A stretch of DNA of 32,000 bases, from contig JBBABY010000010.1 of the NCBI GenBank assembly GCA_041657425.1, positions 12,582 to 44,581 on the forward strand. Direction: 5' to 3'. Both the position numbers and the translations under genes were made by a program. This DNA is from an archaeon. Its GTDB lineage: Archaea; Iainarchaeota; Iainarchaeia; Iainarchaeales; CSSED10-239. Under the pieces are notes generated by a model, which had not been told where the DNA came from, did no database searches, and saw only the letters and a program-made list of their open reading frames with translations. Below, in pieces: positions 1 through 8,146 of this stretch (position 1 is its first letter; the number at the start of each line of letters is the position of its first letter).

Positions 1-210
1 ACATATACAGGAGTAAGTTATGCTGATCATTTTGTAGATGGAATAAAAATTGGTGCAAAAAGATTTCAAGGGATTGTATATCCTGCGCTACATAAGATGG
101 GATATTATCTTACATATAAACATATGATTTATCAATGTCATAAAGAAGTAACAACTAATGCATTTGTTACTGCTTATAAAACAAAATATAATGGAATATA
201 TTGTAAGTAA
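1..210 (+). CDS. 3' end of an upstream gene (partial, hypothetical protein)
   Basis: Frame 1 is open from base 1 to the TAA at 208-210 (69 codons, ...KTKYNGIYCK*). No recognisable motif. The gene begins outside the window. Confidence 0.4.
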   Translation, partial: TYTGVSYADHFVDGIKIGAKRFQGIVYPALHKMGYYLTYKHMIYQCHKEVTTNAFVTAYKTKYNGIYCK

Positions 211-268
211 TTACAATATTTTCTTCTTTCTTTCCTCTTTTTAAATTTTTTTATTCTATTATCTATTT

Positions 269-2104
269 ATGTGTGGAATAAATGCTTATTTTGGAAATAG
301 AGATTGTGTATCTATTCTTGTTAATGGACTTAAAAGGTTAGAGTACAGGGGTTATGATTCTTGCGGTATTGCTGTTATTGATAGTAATACAAAGAAATTA
401 AAAGTAATTAAAGCAAAAGGAAAAATAAGTAATCTAGAAGCAGAAATAAAGAAAGAACCTGAATTAAAAGCAACAATTGGAATTGCACACACAAGATGGG
501 CAACTCATGGTGAGCCAACAGTAATTAATGCTCATCCACACACTGATTGTAAAGAAGAAATTGCAATTGTGCATAATGGTATTGTTGAAAACTTTGAAAC
601 AATTAAAAAATATCTAGAAAGTGAAGGCCATGTTTTTAAAACACAAACAGATACTGAAGTTATTGCTCATTTGATTGAAAAGTTCAATAAAGGAGACTTA
701 AAACAAGCAGTACAAAGAGCAGTTAAAGAAATAGTGGGAACTTTTGGTTTAGTAGTAATAGATAAACAAGGAAAAGAATTAATAGTTGCTAGACGTGGTT
801 CACCAATAGTCTTAGGAATTGGAGAAGGAGAATATTTCGTAGCAAGTGATGTTTCTGCAATCATAGAACACACAAAAAAAGTAATCTATTTAGAAGATAA
901 TGAAATTGCAAAAATTGATAATAAAGGATATGAAATAACAAGTCTAAGTAATATAACGTTAGATAAAGAAATAATAAATGTAGAAATGAATTTAGAACAA
1001 ATAGAAAAACAAGGATATAAGCATTTCATGTTAAAAGAAATACATGAACAACCAGAAACAATTAGACAAGCACTAGCAGGAAGAATTGATTTAGAAAATG
1101 TAACTGCTAAGTTAGGTGGATTAAACCTAGAACCTGACTTCTTAAGAAATCTAAAAAGAATAATAATCGTTGCTTGCGGAACCTCTTGGCATTGCGGATT
1201 AGTTACAAAGTTTTCAATGGAGCGTTTCTTAAGAATTCCAGTTGAAGTTGATTATGCTTCTGAGTTTAGATATAGAGATCCAATAATTGATAATAAAACA
1301 TTAGTTATTGCAATAAGTCAATCAGGAGAAACAGCAGACACTCTTGCGGCAATTAGAGAAGCTAAAGGAAAGGGTGCAAAAGTTATTGGAATTGTTAATG
1401 TTGTTGGCTCAACAATAGCAAGAGAATGTGATGGTGGAATATATATTAGAGCAGGGCCAGAGATTGGTGTTGCTTCAACTAAGGCTTTTACCAATCAATT
1501 AATAGCTTTAAATCTTTTAACACTTTATATTGGTAGATGTATTGGTTCAATGTCTGAAACTGATGCAAGGAAACTAATAGATAATTTACAGGAATTGCCA
1601 GAAATAATAAAAGAAACATTAAAGGAAGAAAAAAATATTGAAGAAATTGCAAAAGAATACTATACTGCAAAGAATTCTTTATATCTTGGAAGAGGAATCA
1701 ATTATCCTTTGGCACTTGAAGGCGCTTTAAAGTTAAAAGAGATATCTTATATCCATGCAGAAGGTTATCCCGCAGCAGAAATGAAGCACGGGCCAATAGC
1801 TTTAATTGATAAAGACCTTCCAATTGTTGTTATTGCAAATCAAGACCTTAACTATGACAAGGTTTTATCAAACATTCATGAAGCAAAAGCAAGAGGTGCA
1901 AGAATTATAGCAATTGCAACTAGAGGAGACACAGAAATTGGAAAATTATGTAATCATGTAATTTATGTTCCAGACATTTGTACAAACCTTACACCTTTTG
2001 TTAATGTCATTCCTTTACAGCTTTTAGCCTATTACATTGCAGACCTTAAAGACTGCCCAATAGACCAGCCAAGAAATCTTGCAAAATCAGTTACTGTTGA
2101 ATAA
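269..2104 (+). CDS. glmS: glutamine--fructose-6-phosphate aminotransferase (isomerizing)
   Basis: 611 aa. The N-terminal MCGI nucleophile Cys of a class II glutaminase domain is followed by two SIS domains (GTSWH, SQSGETADT) and the canonical C-terminal ...LAKSVTVE. Confidence 0.97.
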   Translation: MCGINAYFGNRDCVSILVNGLKRLEYRGYDSCGIAVIDSNTKKLKVIKAKGKISNLEAEIKKEPELKATIGIAHTRWATHGEPTVINAHPHTDCKEEIAIVHNGIVENFETIKKYLESEGHVFKTQTDTEVIAHLIEKFNKGDLKQAVQRAVKEIVGTFGLVVIDKQGKELIVARRGSPIVLGIGEGEYFVASDVSAIIEHTKKVIYLEDNEIAKIDNKGYEITSLSNITLDKEIINVEMNLEQIEKQGYKHFMLKEIHEQPETIRQALAGRIDLENVTAKLGGLNLEPDFLRNLKRIIIVACGTSWHCGLVTKFSMERFLRIPVEVDYASEFRYRDPIIDNKTLVIAISQSGETADTLAAIREAKGKGAKVIGIVNVVGSTIARECDGGIYIRAGPEIGVASTKAFTNQLIALNLLTLYIGRCIGSMSETDARKLIDNLQELPEIIKETLKEEKNIEEIAKEYYTAKNSLYLGRGINYPLALEGALKLKEISYIHAEGYPAAEMKHGPIALIDKDLPIVVIANQDLNYDKVLSNIHEAKARGARIIAIATRGDTEIGKLCNHVIYVPDICTNLTPFVNVIPLQLLAYYIADLKDCPIDQPRNLAKSVTVE

Positions 2105-2121
2105 ATAATTTGGAGAAAAAA

Positions 2122-2610
2122 ATGAACTCAAAAATAAACCTAAAAGAATTAGTGGAATTTCTAGTTGAAGCAAAGATAAATACATATGCTAATTCCCATG
2201 CAAAGGAAATAAAAGCAGAAAGGCCAAGTTTTAGAGAACTAGAATATAAGAAAGGGAAATGGGAATATAGAGACAGTTATTGTGGGTTTTTTTTTGCTCC
2301 TGGCCAAGAGATTGTAAGATATAATAAAGAACCAATCTGGGCAATGGCTTATTCTGGTGGGATGAATAAGAAGTATCACGGAGATATTTCTTTTGCAAAA
2401 GAAACTTTTGGTTTTCTAAAGAAGGCCTTAGCCAAAGTAAACACAAAGATGCCTTATAGAGGCCCAAAGAACTATAGTGCAGGAGACTACAAATACATTA
2501 ACACAATTAAAGGAAATATAACTGACTTCTCCGGAATTGAAAAGATACTTTACAAAGGCAAAGTTGTATTTAAACAAGAATATATTGGTGGATTAATTAT
2601 TGCTAAATAA
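2122..2610 (+). CDS. DUF5680-like protein (unknown function)
   Basis: The ORF track starts at a TTG at 2110, but the ATG at 2122 sits about 6 nt after a GGAG. The FLVEAKINTYA...YRDSYCG...EPIWAMAYSG pattern resembles the DUF5680 family from memory. Confidence 0.6.
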   Translation: MNSKINLKELVEFLVEAKINTYANSHAKEIKAERPSFRELEYKKGKWEYRDSYCGFFFAPGQEIVRYNKEPIWAMAYSGGMNKKYHGDISFAKETFGFLKKALAKVNTKMPYRGPKNYSAGDYKYINTIKGNITDFSGIEKILYKGKVVFKQEYIGGLIIAK

Positions 2611-2683
2611 ACACACCATTTCTTGGACAAATAAAACTAGTCTTATTCTAAGATGTAAAGTAAAAAACTAAAAGAAAAAAGAA

Positions 2684-2770
2684 CCCAAAAAAACTAAAGT
2701 TTTCTGGGCCCAGAAACATAATAAAAGCTAAGCTTTTATGTGCCCAAGAAAATCACTGATTTTTTTTGGG
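2684..2770. repeat. Composite palindromic element, copy A, built from CCCA(R)AAAA / TTTTCTGGG motifs
   Basis: CCCAAAAAAA at 2684-2693 pairs with TTTTTTTTGGG at 2760-2770. These enclose a perfect 16-bp palindrome TTTCTGGGCCCAGAAA (2701-2716), the palindrome ATAAAAGCT-A-AGCTTTTAT (2721-2739) and CCCAAGAAAA (2743-2752). A related copy lies at 14971-15030. Confidence 0.6.
2721..2739. terminator. Possible bidirectional terminator hairpin between convergent genes
   Basis: Nine-bp arms ATAAAAGCT/AGCTTTTAT with a 1-nt centre, in an A/T-rich context, located between the convergent genes 2122..2610(+) and 2784..3146(-). Confidence 0.35.
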
Positions 2771-2783
2771 AAAGAAAGAAAAC

Positions 2784-3146
2784 TTAGTTCTTTGCTAAGT
2801 TATAGATTTCTTTTAAAGCAACAATTATTGTTGCAGGAACCACAAATGTTGTTATTGCACTTAATACACTGATTAAGTATGGACCAATATACATTACGTT
2901 ACTAAAAGCAACTGTTCCAAATGTTGTAACAATTACAAGAGAAACTGCTGTTAATAAGTAGTCCTTAACTTCAGTATCTGTTACATTTAAAAATCCTACA
3001 ATTAAACCAAGTAAGACTAAAACAGATGTTGTTATAGTATTACCGACCATTTGTGATAAAAGACCAGCAATTAATGCAATTACTACACCTATAATAAATG
3101 CGATTGCACCGAATTTTTTTAAATTATTTTCTGTTTTTTTAACCAT
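2784..3146 (-). CDS. small integral membrane protein (hypothetical)
   Basis: 120 aa with several hydrophobic helices after a short basic N-terminus (MVKKTENNLKKFGAIAFIIGVVIALIAGLL...). Confidence 0.7.
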   Translation of the reverse strand: MVKKTENNLKKFGAIAFIIGVVIALIAGLLSQMVGNTITTSVLVLLGLIVGFLNVTDTEVKDYLLTAVSLVIVTTFGTVAFSNVMYIGPYLISVLSAITTFVVPATIIVALKEIYNLAKN

Positions 3147-3344
3147 TTTATTTTCCCCCTTTTATATTTAGTATTTTTTATTTTTCTATTAGAAAAAAAC
3201 GAAAAATCCTTATTTAAGGTATTTAAATATTTATAGCAAAAACAGTATTTAAATGTTTCTTTTGGACGGTAATATAAAGGTTTTCATACATAATATATAT
3301 AATAAATAACGGGAATTAGTTACTATTGACTACAGGTGATATTT

Positions 3345-5639
3345 ATGAAGAAATTAAAAAAATCAGCAGTAAGTTTTAATAAAAAAGAAATAATGGATAA
3401 ATTAAATAAACAGCTCAATTTTCCAACTACTTTTGTTATTAGTCCAATTGATATATTCTTATTAAAAAAGAAAAAAATTGATATTAAAAATTATGCAAGA
3501 GACTTAAAGAAAGTAAATGCAAATCACACAATTTATCTTGGTATGAAATATAATATTACGGACTTAATGGACGCCGGATTTACCGATACTGAAATTAAGA
3601 CGTTAGGTTTTACATTAAATGAAAAGAAACCAGTTGTTAAAGTTGCAAAGAAACTAGTTGTTATAAAGAAAAAACCAGTTGTAATTAAGAAAAAACCAAT
3701 CCTAAAAAAGGCAACTGCAAGTTTAAGCAAAAAAGAAATTGTTGATAAATTAAGTAAACAGCTTAATTCTCCAACCACTTTCTTAATCAGTCCAATAGAT
3801 ATCTCACTATTAAAGAAAAAGAAAATAAGCATTACAAGATATGCAAAAGACTTAAAAAAAGTAAAAGCAAATCACACAATTTATCTTGGAATGAAATATA
3901 CAATTAAAGATTTAAAGAATGCAGGATTTACAAATTTCGAAATTACAGAACTTGGGTTTAAAGCAGAAGAAAAGAAATCAGTTGTTAAAAAGAAAAAAGA
4001 AATTAAGAAAAAGCAATTACCATTAATAGAACTTCTAAGAAAGAAAACTCCTGCAAGAAAATTACTTTCATTAGGTTATAACTATATAAAACTAAAACAA
4101 AGAAAATATACAGCAACTAAATTAAAAAAAATGAAATTCAGTTCTAAATATCTTTTTACGATTGGTTTTTCAGCAGCAGATTTACATAATGCAAAATATG
4201 CATTAGTGGAATTAAAGAAAGCAGGTTATTCTGCAAAGGAATTAAAAGCAATTGGCTATTTAGCTAAAGATTTATTAAAAGTAAAATATAGTGAAGATGT
4301 TGTCGCTTATGCACAGTATCCCGCAAAGGAATTATATAAATTAGATTTCCCAGTTAAGAAATTAAAGATTGCAGGATATAAAGCAACTGAATTAATTGAA
4401 GCAGGATATACTTTAGAAGATTTAAAGAAGGCATACACAATTAGAGAACTATTAGTTGCAGGATATACTCTTTTAGATTTAGTGGATAAAGAAAAAATAA
4501 ATATACAGCAATTACTTGATGAAGGCATAACTATTGCTGATCTTTTAAAAGAAGGATTTAGAATTAAAGAATTAACTCCAGTTGGCGTTACTGCTAAACA
4601 ATTTAGAGAAGCAGGTGTAAGTTCAAGAGACATGTATAAAGTAGGATATTCTATAAGAGAACTAAAAGACGCAGGATATAAGTTAAAAGACTTATTTGAT
4701 TTAAGAGATCTTTTAACATTAAAAGAAAAGAAAGAAGAATTTAATTTAGAAGATTTAAGATATTTAAATTATTCTGCAAAAGAGTTACTTGGATTTGGGT
4801 ATGCTCCTGCTGAGCTTTATTTCTCTGGATATACCACTAAAGAATTATCAGATGCAGGACTTTCTTGTGTTCAGTTAATGGATGCTGGTTGTTCATTAAA
4901 TGATATAAGATTAATCGGTTGTGGTTTAGCAGAATTTATTTCTAAAGGATATTTCGCAAAAGACTTAAAAAGAGCAGGATTTTCTGCAGTTGAGATTCAT
5001 TTAGCAGGATATAGTTTATATGATTTAAGAGATGCAGAATTTAATGCAAAAGAATTACTTGGTATTGGATATTCAGCAAAACAATTTCATAATCTAGGAT
5101 TTACTGCTAGAGAATTATATTTTGCAGGATTTGGTTTACAAATAATAAAAGATGCAGGATATGGTGCTAAAGAACTTGCAGATTTAGATATTGATATAAT
5201 TGAATTTGCAAATGCGGGATATTCAGCAAAAGAAATGAGGGCTGCAAGTTACAGTGCTTATGATTTAAAGAAAGCATATCCAGCAAGAGAACTTAGACTT
5301 GCAGGTTTTGATGCTGCTTCTTTAAGGGATGCAGGGTACTCAGCAAAAGAATTACATGATGTTGGGTTCTTTCCAAGAGAATTATATTATGCAGGATATT
5401 CTGCAAAAGATGTTAATGGACTAGGATATGGGCCAAGACAATTAAGAGTAATAAGATATACAGCAAAAGAATTAAAGCCAATAGGGTTTACTGCAAGAGA
5501 ATTATATTCTGCAGGATATAGTGCTGATCAATTAATCAAAGCAGGATATAGTTATAAGGACTTATCAGATCTTGGAGTAAGTCAAAGAAGACTACATAGA
5601 CATCTTAGAATACACTCTAAAGGATATAATTTCTTTTAG
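3345..5639 (+). CDS. large decapeptide-repeat protein, about 50 x [YF]-[ST]-A-K-E-L-x-x-A-G, with a duplicated Lys-rich N-terminal module
   Basis: The ATG at 3345 lies 5 nt after AGGTGA (the track starts at a GTG at 3336). The 10-residue periodicity is visible from about residue 225 to the C-terminus (AGYSAKELKA IGYLAKDLLK ...). The stop is TAG. Confidence 0.85.
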   Translation: MKKLKKSAVSFNKKEIMDKLNKQLNFPTTFVISPIDIFLLKKKKIDIKNYARDLKKVNANHTIYLGMKYNITDLMDAGFTDTEIKTLGFTLNEKKPVVKVAKKLVVIKKKPVVIKKKPILKKATASLSKKEIVDKLSKQLNSPTTFLISPIDISLLKKKKISITRYAKDLKKVKANHTIYLGMKYTIKDLKNAGFTNFEITELGFKAEEKKSVVKKKKEIKKKQLPLIELLRKKTPARKLLSLGYNYIKLKQRKYTATKLKKMKFSSKYLFTIGFSAADLHNAKYALVELKKAGYSAKELKAIGYLAKDLLKVKYSEDVVAYAQYPAKELYKLDFPVKKLKIAGYKATELIEAGYTLEDLKKAYTIRELLVAGYTLLDLVDKEKINIQQLLDEGITIADLLKEGFRIKELTPVGVTAKQFREAGVSSRDMYKVGYSIRELKDAGYKLKDLFDLRDLLTLKEKKEEFNLEDLRYLNYSAKELLGFGYAPAELYFSGYTTKELSDAGLSCVQLMDAGCSLNDIRLIGCGLAEFISKGYFAKDLKRAGFSAVEIHLAGYSLYDLRDAEFNAKELLGIGYSAKQFHNLGFTARELYFAGFGLQIIKDAGYGAKELADLDIDIIEFANAGYSAKEMRAASYSAYDLKKAYPARELRLAGFDAASLRDAGYSAKELHDVGFFPRELYYAGYSAKDVNGLGYGPRQLRVIRYTAKELKPIGFTARELYSAGYSADQLIKAGYSYKDLSDLGVSQRRLHRHLRIHSKGYNFF

Positions 5640-5647
5640 TTTTCTTT

Positions 5648-6088
5648 TTATCTTTCATATCTTCTAAAGTGTTTTACTGGAGTTTTATTACTTGACTTAA
5701 CAATAGTATAGAATAATTTAATACAAATAATAATTCCAGGAATCAATAAGGAATTAAAAAGTGTTGCTTTATCTATTGCACCAAATCTAAATAACAATAA
5801 AGAACCAAGACCCCAACCAACTATATAGAATATTCCTTCTTTTAAATATCCCTTAAATGAATAATAAACAGATTGTGCAGTTGTAGCAATCAAATAACCA
5901 TAAGATAAGAAAAGATAAGTTAATCCATTCTTCCACGCAAAGCCAAATGCAATTTCTAAAAATCTAAGGAATACAGTTGAGAGTAAAGAAATAAATGCAC
6001 CGAAGGTTAAACTTATAATTGATTTTTTAAATGAAATAAATAATCCTCTAGTTAGTTCTTTTGTTTTATTATAGTGTAGTTCTGGCAT
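5648..6088 (-). CDS. small multi-pass membrane protein (hypothetical), immediately downstream of the DAC gene
   Basis: 146 aa with about 4 predicted TM helices. Its start is 3 nt after the stop of the upstream 6091..6792 gene on the same strand, so an operon is likely. Confidence 0.7.
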   Translation of the reverse strand: MPELHYNKTKELTRGLFISFKKSIISLTFGAFISLLSTVFLRFLEIAFGFAWKNGLTYLFLSYGYLIATTAQSVYYSFKGYLKEGIFYIVGWGLGSLLLFRFGAIDKATLFNSLLIPGIIICIKLFYTIVKSSNKTPVKHFRRYER

Positions 6089-6090
6089 AA

Positions 6091-6792
6091 TTATTTTTTT
6101 TTAATTTTTTTAACTTCTTTTTTCTGTTTTGTTACAACTAGTTTTCCAGTTGCTAAGAATTCTTTCATACTAATAAGCCCGTATTTTGTGATTATCCAAG
6201 AACCAGTAAATATTGCTCCTGCCATTAATGGATTTAATCTTAAGAGTAATGAAGCTACGCCACCAGCAGTAGCTACTTGAATGTCTGGTCTTGAAAATAA
6301 TTCCCCAATTTTTTCAAAGAATTCTTTTGTTTTACCAGTTTTAGGATTTATTTCTGCAGCTAGTTCTCCGTTTGTAAAAATTCTAACTCTTCCATCTTCT
6401 TCTGAAGAGATGATTGCTAGAACGTTTTTAGTTTCTGAAATTCCTCTTGCTGCAGAATGTCTTGTTCCATGTCCTTTAAGGATTGTAGTTTTCTTAACTT
6501 TTGCACCATAATCAACAATGTACCCATCATTATCAACAACTATTGCTCCATCAAGTTCAAGTAAAGCGATTAAGAGGGTTTGTGTTTCTTTGTTGAAGAT
6601 GCTTATTTTCTTACCAGAAAATAAATCAGGATATAGGCATTCGTATTTATCAGAGATATCCTTTTTAGTAATTATAAAAAAAGAACCTTTCTTTTTATTT
6701 GCCATGTCGTTAACCATTTGAACAACTACGGCTATTACTTTTTTATTTAAATTTGAATTGTGGTTTTTATTCATATTAATATATATATCCAT
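6091..6792 (-). CDS. diadenylate cyclase (DAC/DisA_N domain) with a C-terminal hydrophobic segment
   Basis: DAC hallmarks are present: LELDGAIVV (DGA motif) and GHGTRHSAARGISETKNVLAIISSEEDGRVRIF (RHR-type motif plus SEE(T/D)G). The C-terminal VATAGGVASLLLRLNPLMAGAIFTGSWIITKYGLI looks membrane-associated. The true start may be an internal Met. Confidence 0.85.
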   Translation of the reverse strand: MDIYINMNKNHNSNLNKKVIAVVVQMVNDMANKKKGSFFIITKKDISDKYECLYPDLFSGKKISIFNKETQTLLIALLELDGAIVVDNDGYIVDYGAKVKKTTILKGHGTRHSAARGISETKNVLAIISSEEDGRVRIFTNGELAAEINPKTGKTKEFFEKIGELFSRPDIQVATAGGVASLLLRLNPLMAGAIFTGSWIITKYGLISMKEFLATGKLVVTKQKKEVKKIKKK

Positions 6793-6880
6793 TTAGTTTA
6801 TATAAAGTATATTATTTATTTTTCAGTTATGTTTATAAAATAATTTGATTACTTATATTTATCAATTAAACGGAGAAACC

Positions 6881-8146
6881 ATGAATAGTCCACTTTTATT
6901 TTTAGTGTTTATCGCAGGAATATTTTTATTAGGATTTTTAGGGAATGTATTTTTTAGAAAAACAAAGATTTCAGATGTTTTTATATTAATTTTTATTGGT
7001 TTATTTTTAGGGCCTATATTTCAAGTAGTCCCTCAAGCAACAATATTACAACTAAGGGAATATTCACCTATTTTTGCAGCAATTGCCTTAATTGTTTTAA
7101 TTTTTGATGGAGGACTATATCTTAATTTTTATAGAGTTATTACTGAAATAAAAAATGCATTTTTATTTACAATGCTAGTTTTTGTATTAACTTCTGTACT
7201 TTCTGGAGTGCTGTTACATTTTGTTTTTGGATTTGAATGGATTTATGGTCTTTTATTAGGAGTAATTATTGGAGGAACGAGTTCAGAAATAATAATTCCG
7301 TTAGTTACAAAATCAAGTGCAACAGACCAAACAAAAACAATAATGACTTTAGAATCAGCAATAACTGATGTTTTATGTGTTGTTGCAACAGTTACTATTG
7401 TTGGAATAATTATTACTCAAGTTGCAAATACAAAATTAATTATTCAAGGGGTATTTTCTGCTTTTGCAATCGCCGCAGTTGTTGGCCTTATTGGAGGGAT
7501 AATTTGGTCTAAAATTTTAAGAGACTCTGAAGATGTAAAAGGATTTAGTTACTTTCTTACGCTTTCGTTTTTATTTTTATTATATGCAGCAACTGAATTT
7601 TTAAGTGGTAATGGCGCATTTTGTGTTTTAGTGTTTGGATTAGTGTTAGGCAATGCTTCGGACATATTTAAAACATTTAAGATGAAAGATTTCACTTTAG
7701 AAAAAAACATACACCATTTCCAAACGGAAATCTCACTAGTGATTAAAACTTTCTTTTTTATATATTTAGGAGTAATTATTGAATTTAAATATATAACTTT
7801 TGAAGTAATCTTAATAACTTTAGCATTAGTTGCTTTAATTATTATTTTAAGAATATTAATTACAAAACTATTATTTTTTAAAAATTTTGAAAAGAAAGAC
7901 AAAGCTCTTATCGTTTCATTACACACAAGAGGGTTAGCTGCTGCAGTACTTGCAACTTATCCGATAAGTATGGGAATTAACAATGCCTTTACTCAAAAAA
8001 TAGTAGGTGTTTCATTATTAGTAATACTTATGACAAATGTAACAACTACAATATACTATTTTATAATAGAACACAAAAGTGATAGTGAAACAATAAATAA
8101 AAATTATTTATTAAAAAAAGACAAAAATAAAATGAGTAATAAATGA
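6881..8146 (+). CDS. cation:proton antiporter (Na+/H+ exchanger, CPA1-like)
   Basis: About 420 aa and polytopic (10 or more TM helices), with a typical Na_H_exchanger layout. The ATG at 6881 is preceded by GGAG; the track TTG at 6845 is less likely. Confidence 0.8.
   Translation: MNSPLLFLVFIAGIFLLGFLGNVFFRKTKISDVFILIFIGLFLGPIFQVVPQATILQLREYSPIFAAIALIVLIFDGGLYLNFYRVITEIKNAFLFTMLVFVLTSVLSGVLLHFVFGFEWIYGLLLGVIIGGTSSEIIIPLVTKSSATDQTKTIMTLESAITDVLCVVATVTIVGIIITQVANTKLIIQGVFSAFAIAAVVGLIGGIIWSKILRDSEDVKGFSYFLTLSFLFLLYAATEFLSGNGAFCVLVFGLVLGNASDIFKTFKMKDFTLEKNIHHFQTEISLVIKTFFFIYLGVIIEFKYITFEVILITLALVALIIILRILITKLLFFKNFEKKDKALIVSLHTRGLAAAVLATYPISMGINNAFTQKIVGVSLLVILMTNVTTTIYYFIIEHKSDSETINKNYLLKKDKNKMSNK

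Noticed and set aside
211-268. Possible glmS ribozyme or riboswitch upstream of glmS.
   Set aside because: Only 58 nt of T/C-rich, AT-rich spacer is available. This is far shorter than the ~170-nt bacterial glmS ribozyme, and no conserved core is visible. The element is also not known from archaea.
667-873. Antisense or overlapping ORFs in the six-frame track. They are 667-873, 1488-1670, 2231-2467, 3533-3832, 4307-4633, 6281-6511, 6518-6721, 7549-7926, 8745-9173, 10690-10878, 11222-11515, 11548-11949, 12321-12530, 12503-12685, 16023-16229, 19083-19268, 19787-20116, 20174-20359, 22105-22296, 22631-22897, 23796-24014, 27424-27633, 30068-30343 and 31604-31798.
   Set aside because: Each lies wholly or largely inside a longer ORF on the other strand or frame that has recognisable domains or a coherent TM pattern. 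Their translations are low-complexity shadow sequence with no start context.
3345-5639. A 30-nt periodic DNA repeat that could be mistaken for a CRISPR array or satellite.
   Set aside because: The repeats are degenerate at the DNA level, lie in one long open frame with strong amino-acid periodicity, and have no unique spacers. The signal is coding repeat structure. No CRISPR-like array was seen anywhere in the window.
269-6792. glmS near a diadenylate cyclase as an echo of the Firmicute cdaA-cdaR-glmM-glmS arrangement.
   Set aside because: Four unrelated genes on mixed strands lie between them, and no glmM or cdaR homolog is present. The proximity is most simply coincidence.
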